Below are positions 18,288 through 30,107 of a stretch of DNA of 64,000 bases, piece after piece; position 1 is the stretch's first letter, and each line of letters begins with the position of its first letter. Made by a program: the position numbers and the translations under genes. This stretch comes from a virus (lineage: Duplodnaviria > Heunggongvirae > Uroviricota > Caudoviricetes): IMG/VR virus record IMGVR_UViG_3300018475_000004; one strand, 5' to 3'. A model generated the notes under the pieces. It did no database searches, was not told the DNA's origin, and saw only the letters and a list, made by a program, of their open reading frames with translations.

Positions 18288-20393
18288 TTAAGTCAATAAG
18301 AAGAAAATTCGACCTTCTTCTAAATTAGTAGTTGGTAAAGTAGGACCATAATTACTAGAATTTAGAACGATAGTTGTACCATTTAAATAAACAGTTGGAG
18401 AAGTCACAGTTGCTTTAGTATCAGTCAAAGTTAGATAAGAAGTACCTGCGGAATGACTCTTCAATTGACCACTCAACTTGATGTTTGTAGCATTGATTTG
18501 TCCAGAGAATGTACCTGTTGTACTTGTGATACCAGCGCTAAAATTAACAGCTCCAGTAAAAGTCTTTGCTCCTGCAAAAGTCTGAGTAGTAGTAGAAACT
18601 AGACCAGGATTTTCGCCAGTAGCAGATTGAATGCCATTAGTAGAAGTATAAGTAGCACCATTAATGACAAAACTAATAGTTGGATTAGAAGCGCCTGTGC
18701 TGAAACTTAAACTTGGGCTAGCATATAGAGGAGCAGAAGTAGTACCGCCAGATACTAAAATACGGCCTGCGGCCATAGGAGTAACCTGTCCTACTGCATT
18801 AGTTCCATTGCCATATAATAAAGAATAAGCACTTAAAGAGTTAGCGCCAGTACCACCATGCTCGACAGAGACAGTAGAACAAGCAGTAACTTCACCGCTC
18901 GCAGCAACAAACACTGGTGCATTCAGACCACCAACGGCCGCAGTAGTGCTAGCCTTAGTAACAATTAAGCCAGAAGTATTAGGTAGCTGTAATTCACAAT
19001 CAGCAGAACCAGCATTACTTGTTAGCTTATGCTTATAGTTATTATTATTAGGATTATGGAAATAAGTTTCTTTAAAATGAGCAACTTCAACTGGGGCTCC
19101 AGCAGCTCCTAAGTTAGTTGCCAATAAATTAGTAGAAGTGATGCTAGTGAAACCAATCATAGTTGCGGGAATGATTAGAGTATAACCATCTTCATTAGAA
19201 CCATCAACAATAGTTCCAGTTGTGCCGGCAGTGCCAGAAATAGAGATATTGCGTTCAGCACCCCATTTAGCAGTAGTAATTGCTTCAGTTTCTCCGCCTT
19301 TAACTTCAGTGCCATTTAAAAGAATTGCATTGGTCCAAGAAGTTGCATCTCTAGCTGTACCTTCTAAATCTCCAGCAAAAGCTCCTTCAAACTGGGCTGC
19401 ATTGATTGAAGTGGAATGAAGTTCTTCAATATAAGCAGTAGGAATATAATTAGATTCAGCTCCTAAGGAACCTGTCCAAAAATAACCTTCTGCAAGCGTA
19501 AAACTTGCATCACCAGCCATAGCCACTATTCCTGGAGTATTATCCTAATTGCTTACACTAAACACTGCGGTCTAATCCTCTGTAGCTAATATTAAAGTTT
19601 CTGGACTTTGAATTATTCCTACTTTATTATATTCTGTACTATCATCTCCAAATAAAACTGCAGCATCTCCAATTCCAATGGCATAACCGTTATTTAATTC
19701 TAATGCAGGCATTGTACCAATTATAATGCCTGGATAAAAAGATTTCAATCCTAATGGCATCTATTGGATTTCTGTAATACTATTCTTGGCAGGCATCATT
19801 AAACCAGGGTTATATATTGTTGCTTCAGGGAAAAAATTAGAAGCTATTACAGTTCCATCTTCAAAAGTTAAATCTAATCTAAGGCCATCAACTAAATCAA
19901 TATTGCTAGAATTATACTAAATTTTAAATTTAGCGCTGCTAATATTGCTACCGCCAATTTTTACTCGATTGCCATTTTCATCATCATAATATAATTCACC
20001 AAAGTTTTTATCTCCATCTTTAGCAAAATATACTGTGCCTTTATTTTTACTGGATGGAAGATCAGTCTTCGCACCCATCTTTAATTTGATATCCATTCTC
20101 TTTCCATATATGATAATTCCAAAGGAGATTCCATCATCTAAATAAATATGAGCTTGAAAACTTAATGAACTACCAATTTGAATTTCATTCTAATAATTTG
20201 AATCCCAATACCATAAAGCAGCTTCGCCATTAGGCCCATTAATAATCCAATCTGAAGTAACTGTCGCTTCGACGGGATCTCCACTTTTATAAATGCCCAT
20301 ACTAGATCCATAGTAGCCTGTCATTTCTTCGCCTTCAAAAAAATAACGAATATAAAAACCACTATAAATCCCATCGGGTGGAAGAGTTGCCAT
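18288..20393 (-). CDS. Tail fibre protein (701 aa, 5 TAGs)
   Basis: ORFs 20190..20393, 19572..19760 and 18288..19526 share one frame and are joined by TAGs at 20190, 19917, 19761, 19572 and 19545. Gly/Thr/Ser-rich fibre-like C-terminus. Ribosome-binding site AAAGGAGGAACATAT. Confidence 0.65.
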
Positions 20394-20502
20394 ATATGTT
20401 CCTCCTTTTCTAAAAATTTTTATAAAAAAAGAGTATCTCTTTTTATTTTCTAATATAAATAAAAAAAGAGATTAGTATATTATTTTTATTCGGCCAATAA
20501 CA

Positions 20503-20537
20503 AAAAAAATGGGTGGAAGTAAAAATTACTTCCACCC
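20503..20537 (-). terminator. Rho-independent terminator (minus strand)
   Basis: 11-bp stem GGGTGGAAGTA/TACTTCCACCC followed on the minus strand by T8. Confidence 0.7.
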
Positions 20538-20544
20538 ATAAAAG

Positions 20545-21192
20545 TTATGAAACAAATTCAATCCAAAAAATATCTTGCTGATTTAATTTTCTGATTTCGT
20601 CAGTAAAATGTTCATACATACTACTAGCAATATCATAATCACCAGCTAGATCTCCGGCGTCTTCAAGGCCGTTTGGCTGAACGTTTAGTCCATATAGGAC
20701 TTTGCCAACATTTGGCATGGTGCTGATATTATAGAGGATTTTCTTTCCATCAGCATCAACACGATAAAAACGAATGGCATATTCTACTTCTGCTTCGTCT
20801 TGAGTTACTCGTCCATCAATACACCATGGAATAACCATCTTATCCTTTTCCAAAGTGCCAGGAGTAGCTTTATGAGTATAAATGTCGTAATATGGAACGG
20901 CATATAAACCAGTCACACCTTGCTTCTGGGGGTCTGCGGGATAAGTCTTATAAGAAATAACACAGGTGGTGGTAGACAAGTCCATATAATCCCAATATCT
21001 ATCCATGATAAAGTATAAATTTTCGGATTTATGGTCACGAGCAGTGCTTAGGATATCACGTTCTCCAATTGAGCGAGTACGCCAATCAACTTCAATGTAA
21101 TCCTCCGCATATGGAATGGAAGCCATCTTTGGAGGATTACTTCTTTGGATTTCATATAATTTGTCAATAGCAGTTTGACTTAACTGTGACAT
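20545..21192 (-). CDS. Hypothetical structural protein (215 aa)
   Basis: Intact ORF; ribosome-binding site AAAGGAGGTCAATAATT. Confidence 0.6.
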   Translation of the reverse strand: MSQLSQTAIDKLYEIQRSNPPKMASIPYAEDYIEVDWRTRSIGERDILSTARDHKSENLYFIMDRYWDYMDLSTTTCVISYKTYPADPQKQGVTGLYAVPYYDIYTHKATPGTLEKDKMVIPWCIDGRVTQDEAEVEYAIRFYRVDADGKKILYNISTMPNVGKVLYGLNVQPNGLEDAGDLAGDYDIASSMYEHFTDEIRKLNQQDIFWIEFVS

Positions 21193-21210
21193 AATTATTG
21201 ACCTCCTTTA

Positions 21211-23223
21211 TTAAGAAATCTGGAATACCTTAGAAGTAGTTTTCTTTTCTTCTCCTGCTAGAGTATTAGTGATTTCACAGTAATAGAAGGCAATATTAAC
21301 AGGCAAGTCATTATTAGCTAATAGCTTAACAGTAATTTCACTGCCATTTACACTAATAATATCTAGATCAGAATCCTTAATAGGAGTACCATTCTGGTTA
21401 GGAGTATTGCGGAACCACTTGTAAGTGACACCGTCAGTCTGGAACTCATTCATTTCTTCAATTTCAATCTTGAAGGTAATAGGAGTATTCAAGCCAGGAA
21501 CATTCTCTAAAGTTGGGTCATCATCTGTAATAGGATACTCGATACCATCAACTAGATACTTGACGATTTCAGGAGCTTCAGCAGGATAAGTAACCTTACA
21601 TTCAGAACTTTCTTTCCACATACTCTCTCTGTTCAAAGTACCGATAGCCTTAACTTTATACCAGCCTGGCTGAGTAGCAGTCATACTAGCATTAGAAGCA
21701 TTGGGAACTTCAACATATTCAGCGTCAGAAGAAGCAGCTTCATACCATACATAGCTCTTTTCAGCACCGTCATTTGCATCAACAGTAACAGTTAAAATAG
21801 CCTGGCTAACAGTCTCTTCGCCTTCGCCAATAGTAGATAGAACTTTGTTCTTAGGTAAATCTGCGGTGAACTCAACTTTTTCAACACAAGGAATTACGCA
21901 CTTCAAAGAATCAACGCTCTCTGCAGATTTGCTACTACCAACTTGATTGTTCAAAGTTAGCTTGTATTCACCGGTGACGTGAGGCCAATATCTCTTATTA
22001 GGTGCTAGCGCAGTAGAAGCACCCAAATCCTCAGCATCATCATCAACAGCCAAAATGGTATAAACACTTACCTGCTCATAATAAACAGGAGCAGCTTCTC
22101 CCTCTTCTGGCTCTTCAAAAGCATCGCCTAGGAAAACAGTATAAATCTGATTGCCAGTTTCAGCTTCGATTTCTTCAACATAATAAGTCTTGCCAGCTTC
22201 TTTTTCAGTATCATTTGTGGGCTTGAAGATAGTATCTACATCAGCGTAAGCCTTGAAAACTTCTTCAGTATCTTTAGTTACAGCGACATTATTTTCGATG
22301 AATCGAGGAGTATAATACCACTTGTAGCACAACTGACCTGCATCAGCAGTGGCACCGCTAGCATATAGCTTAATTGCATCATTCTTTAAGAAAGCTTTTC
22401 CTTCGTCATTACCCAATTTCCAATCATAGAAGAAGACAGGAATCTGAGGTAGAGTCATGTTGGAGTCAACGCCATTTTCAACTGCGGCCGCAAACAACAA
22501 AGATGGATCATCAATGTCTAGGTCAGCATTGAAATGAGTATATAGAGCTTGCTTAATCATAACAGAACTAGCCAAAGTATTTAAGCTGTACTGAATTTCT
22601 TTCTCTTCATTTCTTACGAAGAAACGAACAGAGAACTTCAAAGGATTTTTACCTTCAACAGTAACCTTACTGGTCAAAGGCCAACCAAATAATAGATAAC
22701 CTTCTTCTGCTTCAAAGTCAACTAAGACAATACGAGAAGCACCTTCGTCTCCTGCTGGGTTAGTCCACTGAACATAAATTTCAGTAGAAGCCAAGTCAGT
22801 ATAATCGAAATAGCGAGGAACCTTAAACATCAAAGTCTCGGCTAACTGATCACCAGTAACACTAACACCATATTTACTATAAATATCAGGAACCTGAATA
22901 TTTCTAGTATTTAGGTCAATGTAAAAACAGCCAGACTTGACATCGTATTTTTCATCCATAGGAAGCATCAAGAACTTAGCAGAGTTTTGATATGCAACAT
23001 TAGAAGGTGGATTATTTCTAATATTTTCAGTGTGATAATCTGCTAAATAACCAATATGAGCAAAATACTCTTCAAGAGAACTGATTTTGCCTTTATCCAA
23101 AACAGACTGATTAATCTTTACACCAAGAGGATCTTTAGCCTGCATATCCAATAAAACGTTATATGCGTCTTGGAATAGAACGGTATATTGGTCTTTATAA
23201 TCTTTATTATAGACTGTAATCAC
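21211..23223 (-). CDS. Hypothetical structural protein (670 aa, GTG start, no TAG)
   Basis: Intact ORF; GTG start at 23223. Confidence 0.55.
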   Translation of the reverse strand: MITVYNKDYKDQYTVLFQDAYNVLLDMQAKDPLGVKINQSVLDKGKISSLEEYFAHIGYLADYHTENIRNNPPSNVAYQNSAKFLMLPMDEKYDVKSGCFYIDLNTRNIQVPDIYSKYGVSVTGDQLAETLMFKVPRYFDYTDLASTEIYVQWTNPAGDEGASRIVLVDFEAEEGYLLFGWPLTSKVTVEGKNPLKFSVRFFVRNEEKEIQYSLNTLASSVMIKQALYTHFNADLDIDDPSLLFAAAVENGVDSNMTLPQIPVFFYDWKLGNDEGKAFLKNDAIKLYASGATADAGQLCYKWYYTPRFIENNVAVTKDTEEVFKAYADVDTIFKPTNDTEKEAGKTYYVEEIEAETGNQIYTVFLGDAFEEPEEGEAAPVYYEQVSVYTILAVDDDAEDLGASTALAPNKRYWPHVTGEYKLTLNNQVGSSKSAESVDSLKCVIPCVEKVEFTADLPKNKVLSTIGEGEETVSQAILTVTVDANDGAEKSYVWYEAASSDAEYVEVPNASNASMTATQPGWYKVKAIGTLNRESMWKESSECKVTYPAEAPEIVKYLVDGIEYPITDDDPTLENVPGLNTPITFKIEIEEMNEFQTDGVTYKWFRNTPNQNGTPIKDSDLDIISVNGSEITVKLLANNDLPVNIAFYYCEITNTLAGEEKKTTSKVFQIS

Positions 23224-23250
23224 GTTATATCTTCCTTTCTTTATAATATT

Positions 23251-23282
23251 GTTCTAGGGAAGGAATTTCCCTTCCCTAGAAC
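23251..23282. other. Perfect 13-bp inverted repeat in the intergenic region
   Basis: GTTCTAGGGAAGG-aatttc-CCTTCCCTAGAAC. Confidence 0.5.
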
Positions 23283-23299
23283 TGAAAAATCAAATAACC

Positions 23300-23509
23300 T
23301 TATTTTTTGGTATTGTCCGTAATTTCTCTCCACTTATGTTCCTCGGCCTCTTCAACAGTGACGCTGTACTGAGTACGCTCACCATTAGTTAAAATCTTGC
23401 CGGGATCAGCATTGATAGTTACGATATTGATATGATTGATACCATCTAGAAGGACCTTAGTATCTAAAATACCATTGCGGCCAAGGTATCTGTATTTTCT
23501 ATCTTTAGT
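23300..23509 (-). CDS. Small hypothetical protein (69 aa)
   Basis: ATG at 23509 with ribosome-binding site AAAGGAGAAGG; TAATGA overlap with the upstream gene. Confidence 0.45.
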   Translation of the reverse strand, partial: TKDRKYRYLGRNGILDTKVLLDGINHINIVTINADPGKILTNGERTQYSVTVEEAEEHKWREITDNTKK

Positions 23510-23511
23510 CA

Positions 23512-26500
23512 TTAAGAACCTTCTCCTTTCCAATCCCAAACTTCAGTGTAAGGAGGATTATCAAATCCCATAGTAGAAATACTAGTATGGTAGGCTGTAT
23601 CAGTCATTAGATAATCTTCAACACTTTGTTTAGCAAAGCTAATAGTACTTACACGACCATTTTTACCATATCCCTTGAAGGCGTTTTCACCAATGAAGTT
23701 AACCGTTGAGCCGAAGTAAATATCAGTAACAGTGCCATTAGCGCCAGAACCGCCGCCAAAAGCTTGCATACCGATATAACTCAATTTAGCGTCACCGCCA
23801 CCCAATTGATTAATACTAATCTTAGGACATAAGAAAAATACGTGGCTTTCGATAGTCTCTAAAGAAGCTGGTAAAGCAGACAAAGTCAATTCACGACAAT
23901 CCATGAATGCACCAGACTTTAGAAGTTTTAGTTTAGCAGGTAAAGAAGTTAAGTTAATGTTGGTTTCATAGAATGCCTGGCTACCAATTTCTTCAACATT
24001 AGATTTCATATCAACAGTAGTTAAACTCTTGATACTCTTGAAAGCATATGTTCCGATATGAGTAATTCCAATAGGCAAATCAACATATTGCAAAGCTAAA
24101 GCTCCTTCGAAGGCTTGTTGGAAAATACTTGTATAAGAAGTATTGGTTCTCAAGAAGAATACGTGAGTAACACGAGCCATATTCTTAAAGTCTTTTACCT
24201 GAGTTAGAGGGATACCATCATATTCACTAGGTAAAGTAATTTTACCTTGTAAAGTTTCACGATATTCCTCAGCGATTGAGATCTTACCACGCTCGCTGAA
24301 ATTGAAATATTCCAATTTAGAAGCGACATCACGGCAGTCTTCAGTTAAATAGTGACCATGTAAAGTCACATCATTAGTAACTACCATTGTTGCCAAATCT
24401 TCATAAACAGGATTCTTAATTTCCTTATCCTTGTATTGGTTCTTAGACCAACCTTGGAATGCCCATCTCATATGATCTTGTAGACCTGTATTATCACGAT
24501 AGTGGAAATTAGTCATTGGACCTGCGGCCTCGACGTAAGTCTTACCATAAGGAACAGGCCAATACTCTTCACCATTCTGTAAGATAATATTACCAGCCCA
24601 GTCGCAGAAGCGAACTTTGTACTCTCTATCAGTAGTAATATACTCTGGATAGAATGTCATACTTTCAGTTGGAGTAATATCTTCAAAGGAGATTGCAGAT
24701 GCTTCTGGAACTGCTCCATCTGGCAAATCTTTTGTATTGTAATACTTAGTAATTACATTATCCTTTTTATGAATCCAATAGCCAGTAAATGCAAAATCAT
24801 GAGAAGAAGTAGATTCCTTGTGAGGAGTACCAATAGCAAAACCTAAAGGACCTTGTGCGGAAGTTAGATAAGCAATACTGTGAGCATTTTCTCCAGAGGT
24901 ATCACCGCTACCCAATACTCTGTAATATTGTTCCTCAGAATTTTCATTGGTTAAGAAAATTAATTCAACTGCGGGGTTGAAATTAGCACCAACTTTATCA
25001 GTGTACTTGAAAATCAAGTTTGGATAAGTTTTTGCATAAGTTTTGTAAATCTTATATTCATCAATAGCGCAAGCCTTATCAACTGTTAATGTACCGCTTA
25101 AAGCAGTAACAGTAGTAGTACCAAGTCTAGGACCAGTATTATTATCAGTTAAGTTTTCAAGAGCGGCAAAGGCTACAACATTATTATCGGCATCTAAGAC
25201 GAAATCATCTTCAGTCTCATCATTAATAACCCAATTTACATCGGTAAATTGATAGTTAGTTAAAGAAGGAGCTTTTGCGAAGCGATAAGTGTAAACATCT
25301 AAGCCAGGGCAGTTATTAATGTAAGCCTGCTGAATTGAATCATAAATTCCATCATCCAATCTAACAGTTTCCAAATCAAGAAGATTTGTTGCAGAGAAGA
25401 TTGCTAATGGGTTTAATTCAAGTTCTTTGGTAGTTGCGTTAGGAGCCAAAGACAATTCTTTGAAAGCACTACCACTCATTAGAACAGTTTCTAGCTGAGT
25501 TGCGTTAGTTAAGCTTAGGATAGAAATATTCTCGGGGTTACCGACATTTCTAGCCTGGAATTTTTGTAACATTGCGTTAGTACCAACGCTAACTTCGCTC
25601 AAACGAGGGTTATAATAACCTTCTATATCAGAACCGATTTCAAATTCACGCAATTTACTTGCATTAGTCATCTTGGCATAACCAGGATACAACTTATACA
25701 AGTCTTTAATTGTTTGAATCATACTTGCACCATAAATATAGCAAGTAGCATCGCTTGCGGCAGAAATCAATTCACCGACAGGGGCATTATAATAATTACC
25801 TCTCTTAATACGAGTAGAAGTTCTCTTCTGACCACCTAAGTGGATAGTGCCATAACAATCAATATAGAAAGTCATGGGAAGAACGTCAGTTGGTTGCAAT
25901 GCGAAATCACCGTCTTTATTGAAACGGAATTCGATACCAGCACTGTCTGTGAAAGCAGTACTTGCAACATATTTAGAGTTCAGATAGAACTCTTGATAAG
26001 TTTCATATTGCTTTCTCTGGTGAGTCTTACGACCACCCTCTAGACGACTTAAGAAAGTAGTTTCATCAAGACCTAAGCGTCTAGGACGAATATATTTTCT
26101 TTCATAGTCCTGAATCCAGCAAATTTCGGGAATAATATCTTGGTGAGCCTTAAATTCAGCTAGATAATCATCAGCATCCCAAGCACCCTTCTTACTCAAC
26201 TCCTGGAATAGATATTGCTGAGCCTCTCTTAATTCATGAATGAAATTCAACCATACGGAAGGAGAAGCATTGAAAACATCTTTACCATTGGGGTTAATAT
26301 CACCGACTTCTAGACCATATGTATAAGTCAAGTTACCAGTATTATCATTACCATCAGAAGTATCATTATCGTAGTTTTTAGTTAGATCCCAGTGGAATCC
26401 ATCTTCGGTGCTCCAGAAAGTGTTCTTAGCAACGTTATCAACCATGGTGTGACGAGAGATATACAAATAATGGAATACAACAGAATCCATAACCAAGTAA

Positions 26501-29500
26501 TCTTCACATTCATACAACATTTTAGCGATACGATAATCTTTAGTGTCGTGGGTATAAGTACCTTTGTAACGACTAATTTTCTGACCCTTTAGACTAATTT
26601 CAGTTGGATTTGGCTGGCCTTCGTATCCAGGAGGATCGAAGCCTTCAAACACAAAATCATCAGTAAAGGTTACAGGTTCAGGCAATTCTTCACCAGTATA
26701 TCCATTGGGGTGAGACAACTCATCATATGGACTTGGATCATTCATTGCGAACCATTCAGCCAGTCTCAAGAAATCTTGTTCTTGTTGTTCTACGGTAATG
26801 CCCTGCTCATTTTCTAACAAGTCTTCATTTTCTACAAGACCATAACGGAACTCATAGTATGGACCCTTGGTAATATCTTTACCTTCTTCGTCCTGACCTA
26901 CAACTTCTTTTTCAAAAGCTTTTTCATTGAAAATAGTCATCCAGTGTTCTGCGTTCTGGTTATCTAGAACTTCGACACAGGCCGCACGTGGATTGGTAGT
27001 ATCATGGAAAACATTCAAATTCTTCTTATCATTACCCATATTGCCGATAGAATACATCTTAAAATAAGGTTCTGCGGCATATTTTGCTTCCCAATCAGGG
27101 TTAGTTGGGTTGATAAATGCATTGGACTCCAAATAGATTTCACTCTTAGGATCTCCATTGTCATCTAAATATTTGAATTGTGTATTGTGGTCTCTCAAGA
27201 AGACAACGCCAGAGTGGAATTTCATACAGTCACGCATAGGATTGTATAATAAATTACCATCACTGTCATAACGAGTACCTTTTCTTCTGTGAGCATCCCA
27301 GTAAGGCTGGAATCTGTTATACCATTCTGCGTTTACAACGTTATTGGCATTTTCACAAGAAGCAACATTAACTTTAGTACAAGCAATGTCAATATATTCA
27401 TCTTCATCAGAAGGTCTCCATCCAGGGATTTCATTACCATTCTTATCATAAATTTTACCTTTTTTAGTAAAATCAGAACGTAAGTTAAATGCGGCAACAC
27501 CATAAGCGGCAGAAGAAGTGCCCTGAACATAAGTTCTAACTTTATCTGCTCTCATAAATGGCTTACCTAAATTATCATATTCATTAATCAACTCATAATA
27601 AGTACAGCCATCAATCTTATCTTCTTTATTAGTAGTTAATTCTGGAATATCATACAAATAAGCATGGCATCCAGGATTTTTCTGCACCAAAAGCTCATAA
27701 GAAATTTCGCCGGTACTGGAGTCAATAATATCATTGCGGCGATGGCGCTCTAGCATCTTATTAACGCTAGGAGCATCCATAACGAAGTTATTTAAATGTT
27801 CATCATTTGTTAATCTACGTTCATATGCTTTTGCGGTATATACATAGACGTCACAAGAATCAGAACCAATGCGAATGGTTTGAGCATCATTTTGCTGTAA
27901 AGCCATGTTTTGGCTGTAAGGCTTAGCACCTGCAGGAACACCATCAACCCAAATCATTAAGTAGCGATCACCATAAACGGTTTTACTACCTTGCTGTCTA
28001 TCTCCTACATTGGGCCAAATTTCAGTTTCAACTTCAATATAAGAGTTTTCACAATACTGAGTTGCGAAATTAGGATAAGTAGCAGAAGAGAAAGTTGCTT
28101 TCTGAGCATCAAATTCTAGACCAATTTCAGCGACTCTTACTTTCTCAAAATAAGTAGCAGTTTCATCAAATGGATTTCTAGAAATAATATAATCAGAGCC
28201 AGAAAGGATATAATACTTATTAGTTCTATAAGTATCTTCAGTCAATTCAATTTCGTTATAATTATAATGGATACAGCTTAAAACTGGAGCTTCATAATCA
28301 TAACAGTTGGCTGCCTTGAAGCAGAACTTAAAGTTCTTACCACCGGTAGTACCAGTTTTGAAATTTTCAAATAACTTATAGTCAATTTCCATCCAAGTAC
28401 CCTGGCGCACACAGATAAACTTTTCAATGCTTCCATCTGCAAGAACTTCATATTTTAGACCGCCATTACGCCAGTCAAAATTATCAGAGAAGTTCAATCT
28501 TACAGGCTTAGTTTCACTACCGCCAACCCAGTTAATAACTTCATCATTACCAGAGAAATTAATTGCTTTTAAGCTAAAAGCTGCACCACTAACTTCTTCT
28601 CTGTTCAAATCCAAAGGTTCAACAGTGATATTGAATTCTCTCTTAGTATCACCATTAGTAGACTCTAAAGCTAACTTAATAGTACCATGAGTGGTAATTG
28701 TGTAAGGAATAGATTGCTTATCTCTGTTGTAGCTACGAGTAGAAATTACGTTATCATTAACAGAGAAAGTAACACTACATTCAGTTGTATCTGGGTCATA
28801 AACTAAGAATGGAATCTCAATAGTGTCATATTGAGTAGCAGTCTTTTGATCAAATGGGACGGTTAAAATTGTAGAAGTACCACCTTCGGTGAAAGTGATT
28901 CTATGAACAATTTCTTGTGTTCTAACAGTAATTGGCTTTCCAGTATCTTCATTGATAGTGGCATCCAAATAAATAGAACAAGTATGCTCACCATAAGACA
29001 GACTCTTCATTGCTTGAGTAGTAAATTCATTACCGTTTGCGCGATTAGCAGGAATATCTTCCTCGAAGTAATCTTGTCCTAGAGTAGAACCATTGTCAAA
29101 AGTAATATGAGCGGTACAATTAATACCACCAAAAGGTTTGAATACTAAAGTAAAGGTTGAATCTTTACGATATTCATCTTCAGAATAAGTGAAAGGCCAC
29201 TCTAAACGCAAATCAACTTTTTGGATATTCCATTGCTTACTAGCATAGTTATCAGTGATACCGCCAGTATTCATATAGACCATCAAGTTAATACGAGTAT
29301 AGTTACCATCTTTTGCCATGGGTAAAAGTTCATCAACTCTGAATTTATTATAGCCAGTAGTTACAGATTGAGTATAAGTCTTACCATTAATAGCCCAACT
29401 TGCGGTACCAGTTTCAGTTAAGATATCTCCAACTTCATCAGTTGCAGTAATAGTAAACTCAATCCAATGCTCAACACCATTTAAGATAGTGATATTAGTA

Positions 29501-29982
29501 TCAACGTCAGCGCCATTGTAATATTCAATAGTAATATTACCTTTTTGATTAGAGCCAGGACCAGTGTTATCTCCACCGCCGCCAGACATAGCCAGTCTTT
29601 CTACAGCAATGGCGTCACCATCAACATTTAATACTCTGTAAAAACCGCCATCAGGTATATTCAAAATCAAAGAATCTAAGGCAGGAACATTTTCTCCTTC
29701 AATATGTTCAGTCATAGAGAAAGTAAAGAAAACATTAGTTCCGTATTTTTCATCATCGGTCATAGGATATTTGCCGTAGAAAATACTAGAACTGCCGCCG
29801 ACCATCTGGTATTCACCAGAGCCTAAGCCTTGATAAATCTTATGAGAATCTTGTGTGAAGTATAAGTAGCCTGGAATAGCACGTTTTCTCTTCATGTCTT
29901 GCTCAGTACAATTTACAGGTCTAAAAACATTGCCGGTCTCACGGGCGCCAATAGATTGTAAAACATTTTTTTGATCTACCAT
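23512..29982 (-). CDS. Giant virion/tail protein (2156 aa) with C-terminal BspA-type leucine-rich repeats; putative adhesin
   Basis: One uninterrupted ORF with no TAG. C-terminal repeats of the form AFxxCxxLTxIxLPxSLxxIGxxAF. Ribosome-binding site GAAAGGAGAGCAACA. Confidence 0.75.
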   Translation of the reverse strand: MVDQKNVLQSIGARETGNVFRPVNCTEQDMKRKRAIPGYLYFTQDSHKIYQGLGSGEYQMVGGSSSIFYGKYPMTDDEKYGTNVFFTFSMTEHIEGENVPALDSLILNIPDGGFYRVLNVDGDAIAVERLAMSGGGGDNTGPGSNQKGNITIEYYNGADVDTNITILNGVEHWIEFTITATDEVGDILTETGTASWAINGKTYTQSVTTGYNKFRVDELLPMAKDGNYTRINLMVYMNTGGITDNYASKQWNIQKVDLRLEWPFTYSEDEYRKDSTFTLVFKPFGGINCTAHITFDNGSTLGQDYFEEDIPANRANGNEFTTQAMKSLSYGEHTCSIYLDATINEDTGKPITVRTQEIVHRITFTEGGTSTILTVPFDQKTATQYDTIEIPFLVYDPDTTECSVTFSVNDNVISTRSYNRDKQSIPYTITTHGTIKLALESTNGDTKREFNITVEPLDLNREEVSGAAFSLKAINFSGNDEVINWVGGSETKPVRLNFSDNFDWRNGGLKYEVLADGSIEKFICVRQGTWMEIDYKLFENFKTGTTGGKNFKFCFKAANCYDYEAPVLSCIHYNYNEIELTEDTYRTNKYYILSGSDYIISRNPFDETATYFEKVRVAEIGLEFDAQKATFSSATYPNFATQYCENSYIEVETEIWPNVGDRQQGSKTVYGDRYLMIWVDGVPAGAKPYSQNMALQQNDAQTIRIGSDSCDVYVYTAKAYERRLTNDEHLNNFVMDAPSVNKMLERHRRNDIIDSSTGEISYELLVQKNPGCHAYLYDIPELTTNKEDKIDGCTYYELINEYDNLGKPFMRADKVRTYVQGTSSAAYGVAAFNLRSDFTKKGKIYDKNGNEIPGWRPSDEDEYIDIACTKVNVASCENANNVVNAEWYNRFQPYWDAHRRKGTRYDSDGNLLYNPMRDCMKFHSGVVFLRDHNTQFKYLDDNGDPKSEIYLESNAFINPTNPDWEAKYAAEPYFKMYSIGNMGNDKKNLNVFHDTTNPRAACVEVLDNQNAEHWMTIFNEKAFEKEVVGQDEEGKDITKGPYYEFRYGLVENEDLLENEQGITVEQQEQDFLRLAEWFAMNDPSPYDELSHPNGYTGEELPEPVTFTDDFVFEGFDPPGYEGQPNPTEISLKGQKISRYKGTYTHDTKDYRIAKMLYECEDYLVMDSVVFHYLYISRHTMVDNVAKNTFWSTEDGFHWDLTKNYDNDTSDGNDNTGNLTYTYGLEVGDINPNGKDVFNASPSVWLNFIHELREAQQYLFQELSKKGAWDADDYLAEFKAHQDIIPEICWIQDYERKYIRPRRLGLDETTFLSRLEGGRKTHQRKQYETYQEFYLNSKYVASTAFTDSAGIEFRFNKDGDFALQPTDVLPMTFYIDCYGTIHLGGQKRTSTRIKRGNYYNAPVGELISAASDATCYIYGASMIQTIKDLYKLYPGYAKMTNASKLREFEIGSDIEGYYNPRLSEVSVGTNAMLQKFQARNVGNPENISILSLTNATQLETVLMSGSAFKELSLAPNATTKELELNPLAIFSATNLLDLETVRLDDGIYDSIQQAYINNCPGLDVYTYRFAKAPSLTNYQFTDVNWVINDETEDDFVLDADNNVVAFAALENLTDNNTGPRLGTTTVTALSGTLTVDKACAIDEYKIYKTYAKTYPNLIFKYTDKVGANFNPAVELIFLTNENSEEQYYRVLGSGDTSGENAHSIAYLTSAQGPLGFAIGTPHKESTSSHDFAFTGYWIHKKDNVITKYYNTKDLPDGAVPEASAISFEDITPTESMTFYPEYITTDREYKVRFCDWAGNIILQNGEEYWPVPYGKTYVEAAGPMTNFHYRDNTGLQDHMRWAFQGWSKNQYKDKEIKNPVYEDLATMVVTNDVTLHGHYLTEDCRDVASKLEYFNFSERGKISIAEEYRETLQGKITLPSEYDGIPLTQVKDFKNMARVTHVFFLRTNTSYTSIFQQAFEGALALQYVDLPIGITHIGTYAFKSIKSLTTVDMKSNVEEIGSQAFYETNINLTSLPAKLKLLKSGAFMDCRELTLSALPASLETIESHVFFLCPKISINQLGGGDAKLSYIGMQAFGGGSGANGTVTDIYFGSTVNFIGENAFKGYGKNGRVSTISFAKQSVEDYLMTDTAYHTSISTMGFDNPPYTEVWDWKGEGS

Positions 29983-30008
29983 TGTTGCTCTCCTTTCTAT
30001 CCAAATAT

Positions 30009-30044
30009 AAAAAAAATGGAGAGGATAATTATATTATCCTCTCC
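30009..30044 (-). terminator. Rho-independent terminator (minus strand)
   Basis: 12-bp stem GGAGAGGATAAT/ATTATCCTCTCC followed on the minus strand by T8. Confidence 0.7.
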
Positions 30045-30107
30045 ATATAATCATCCTTCATAAGGATTTGAAAATAACAACTTATTTATTGTCCTTTTCT
30101 GTCCGAA

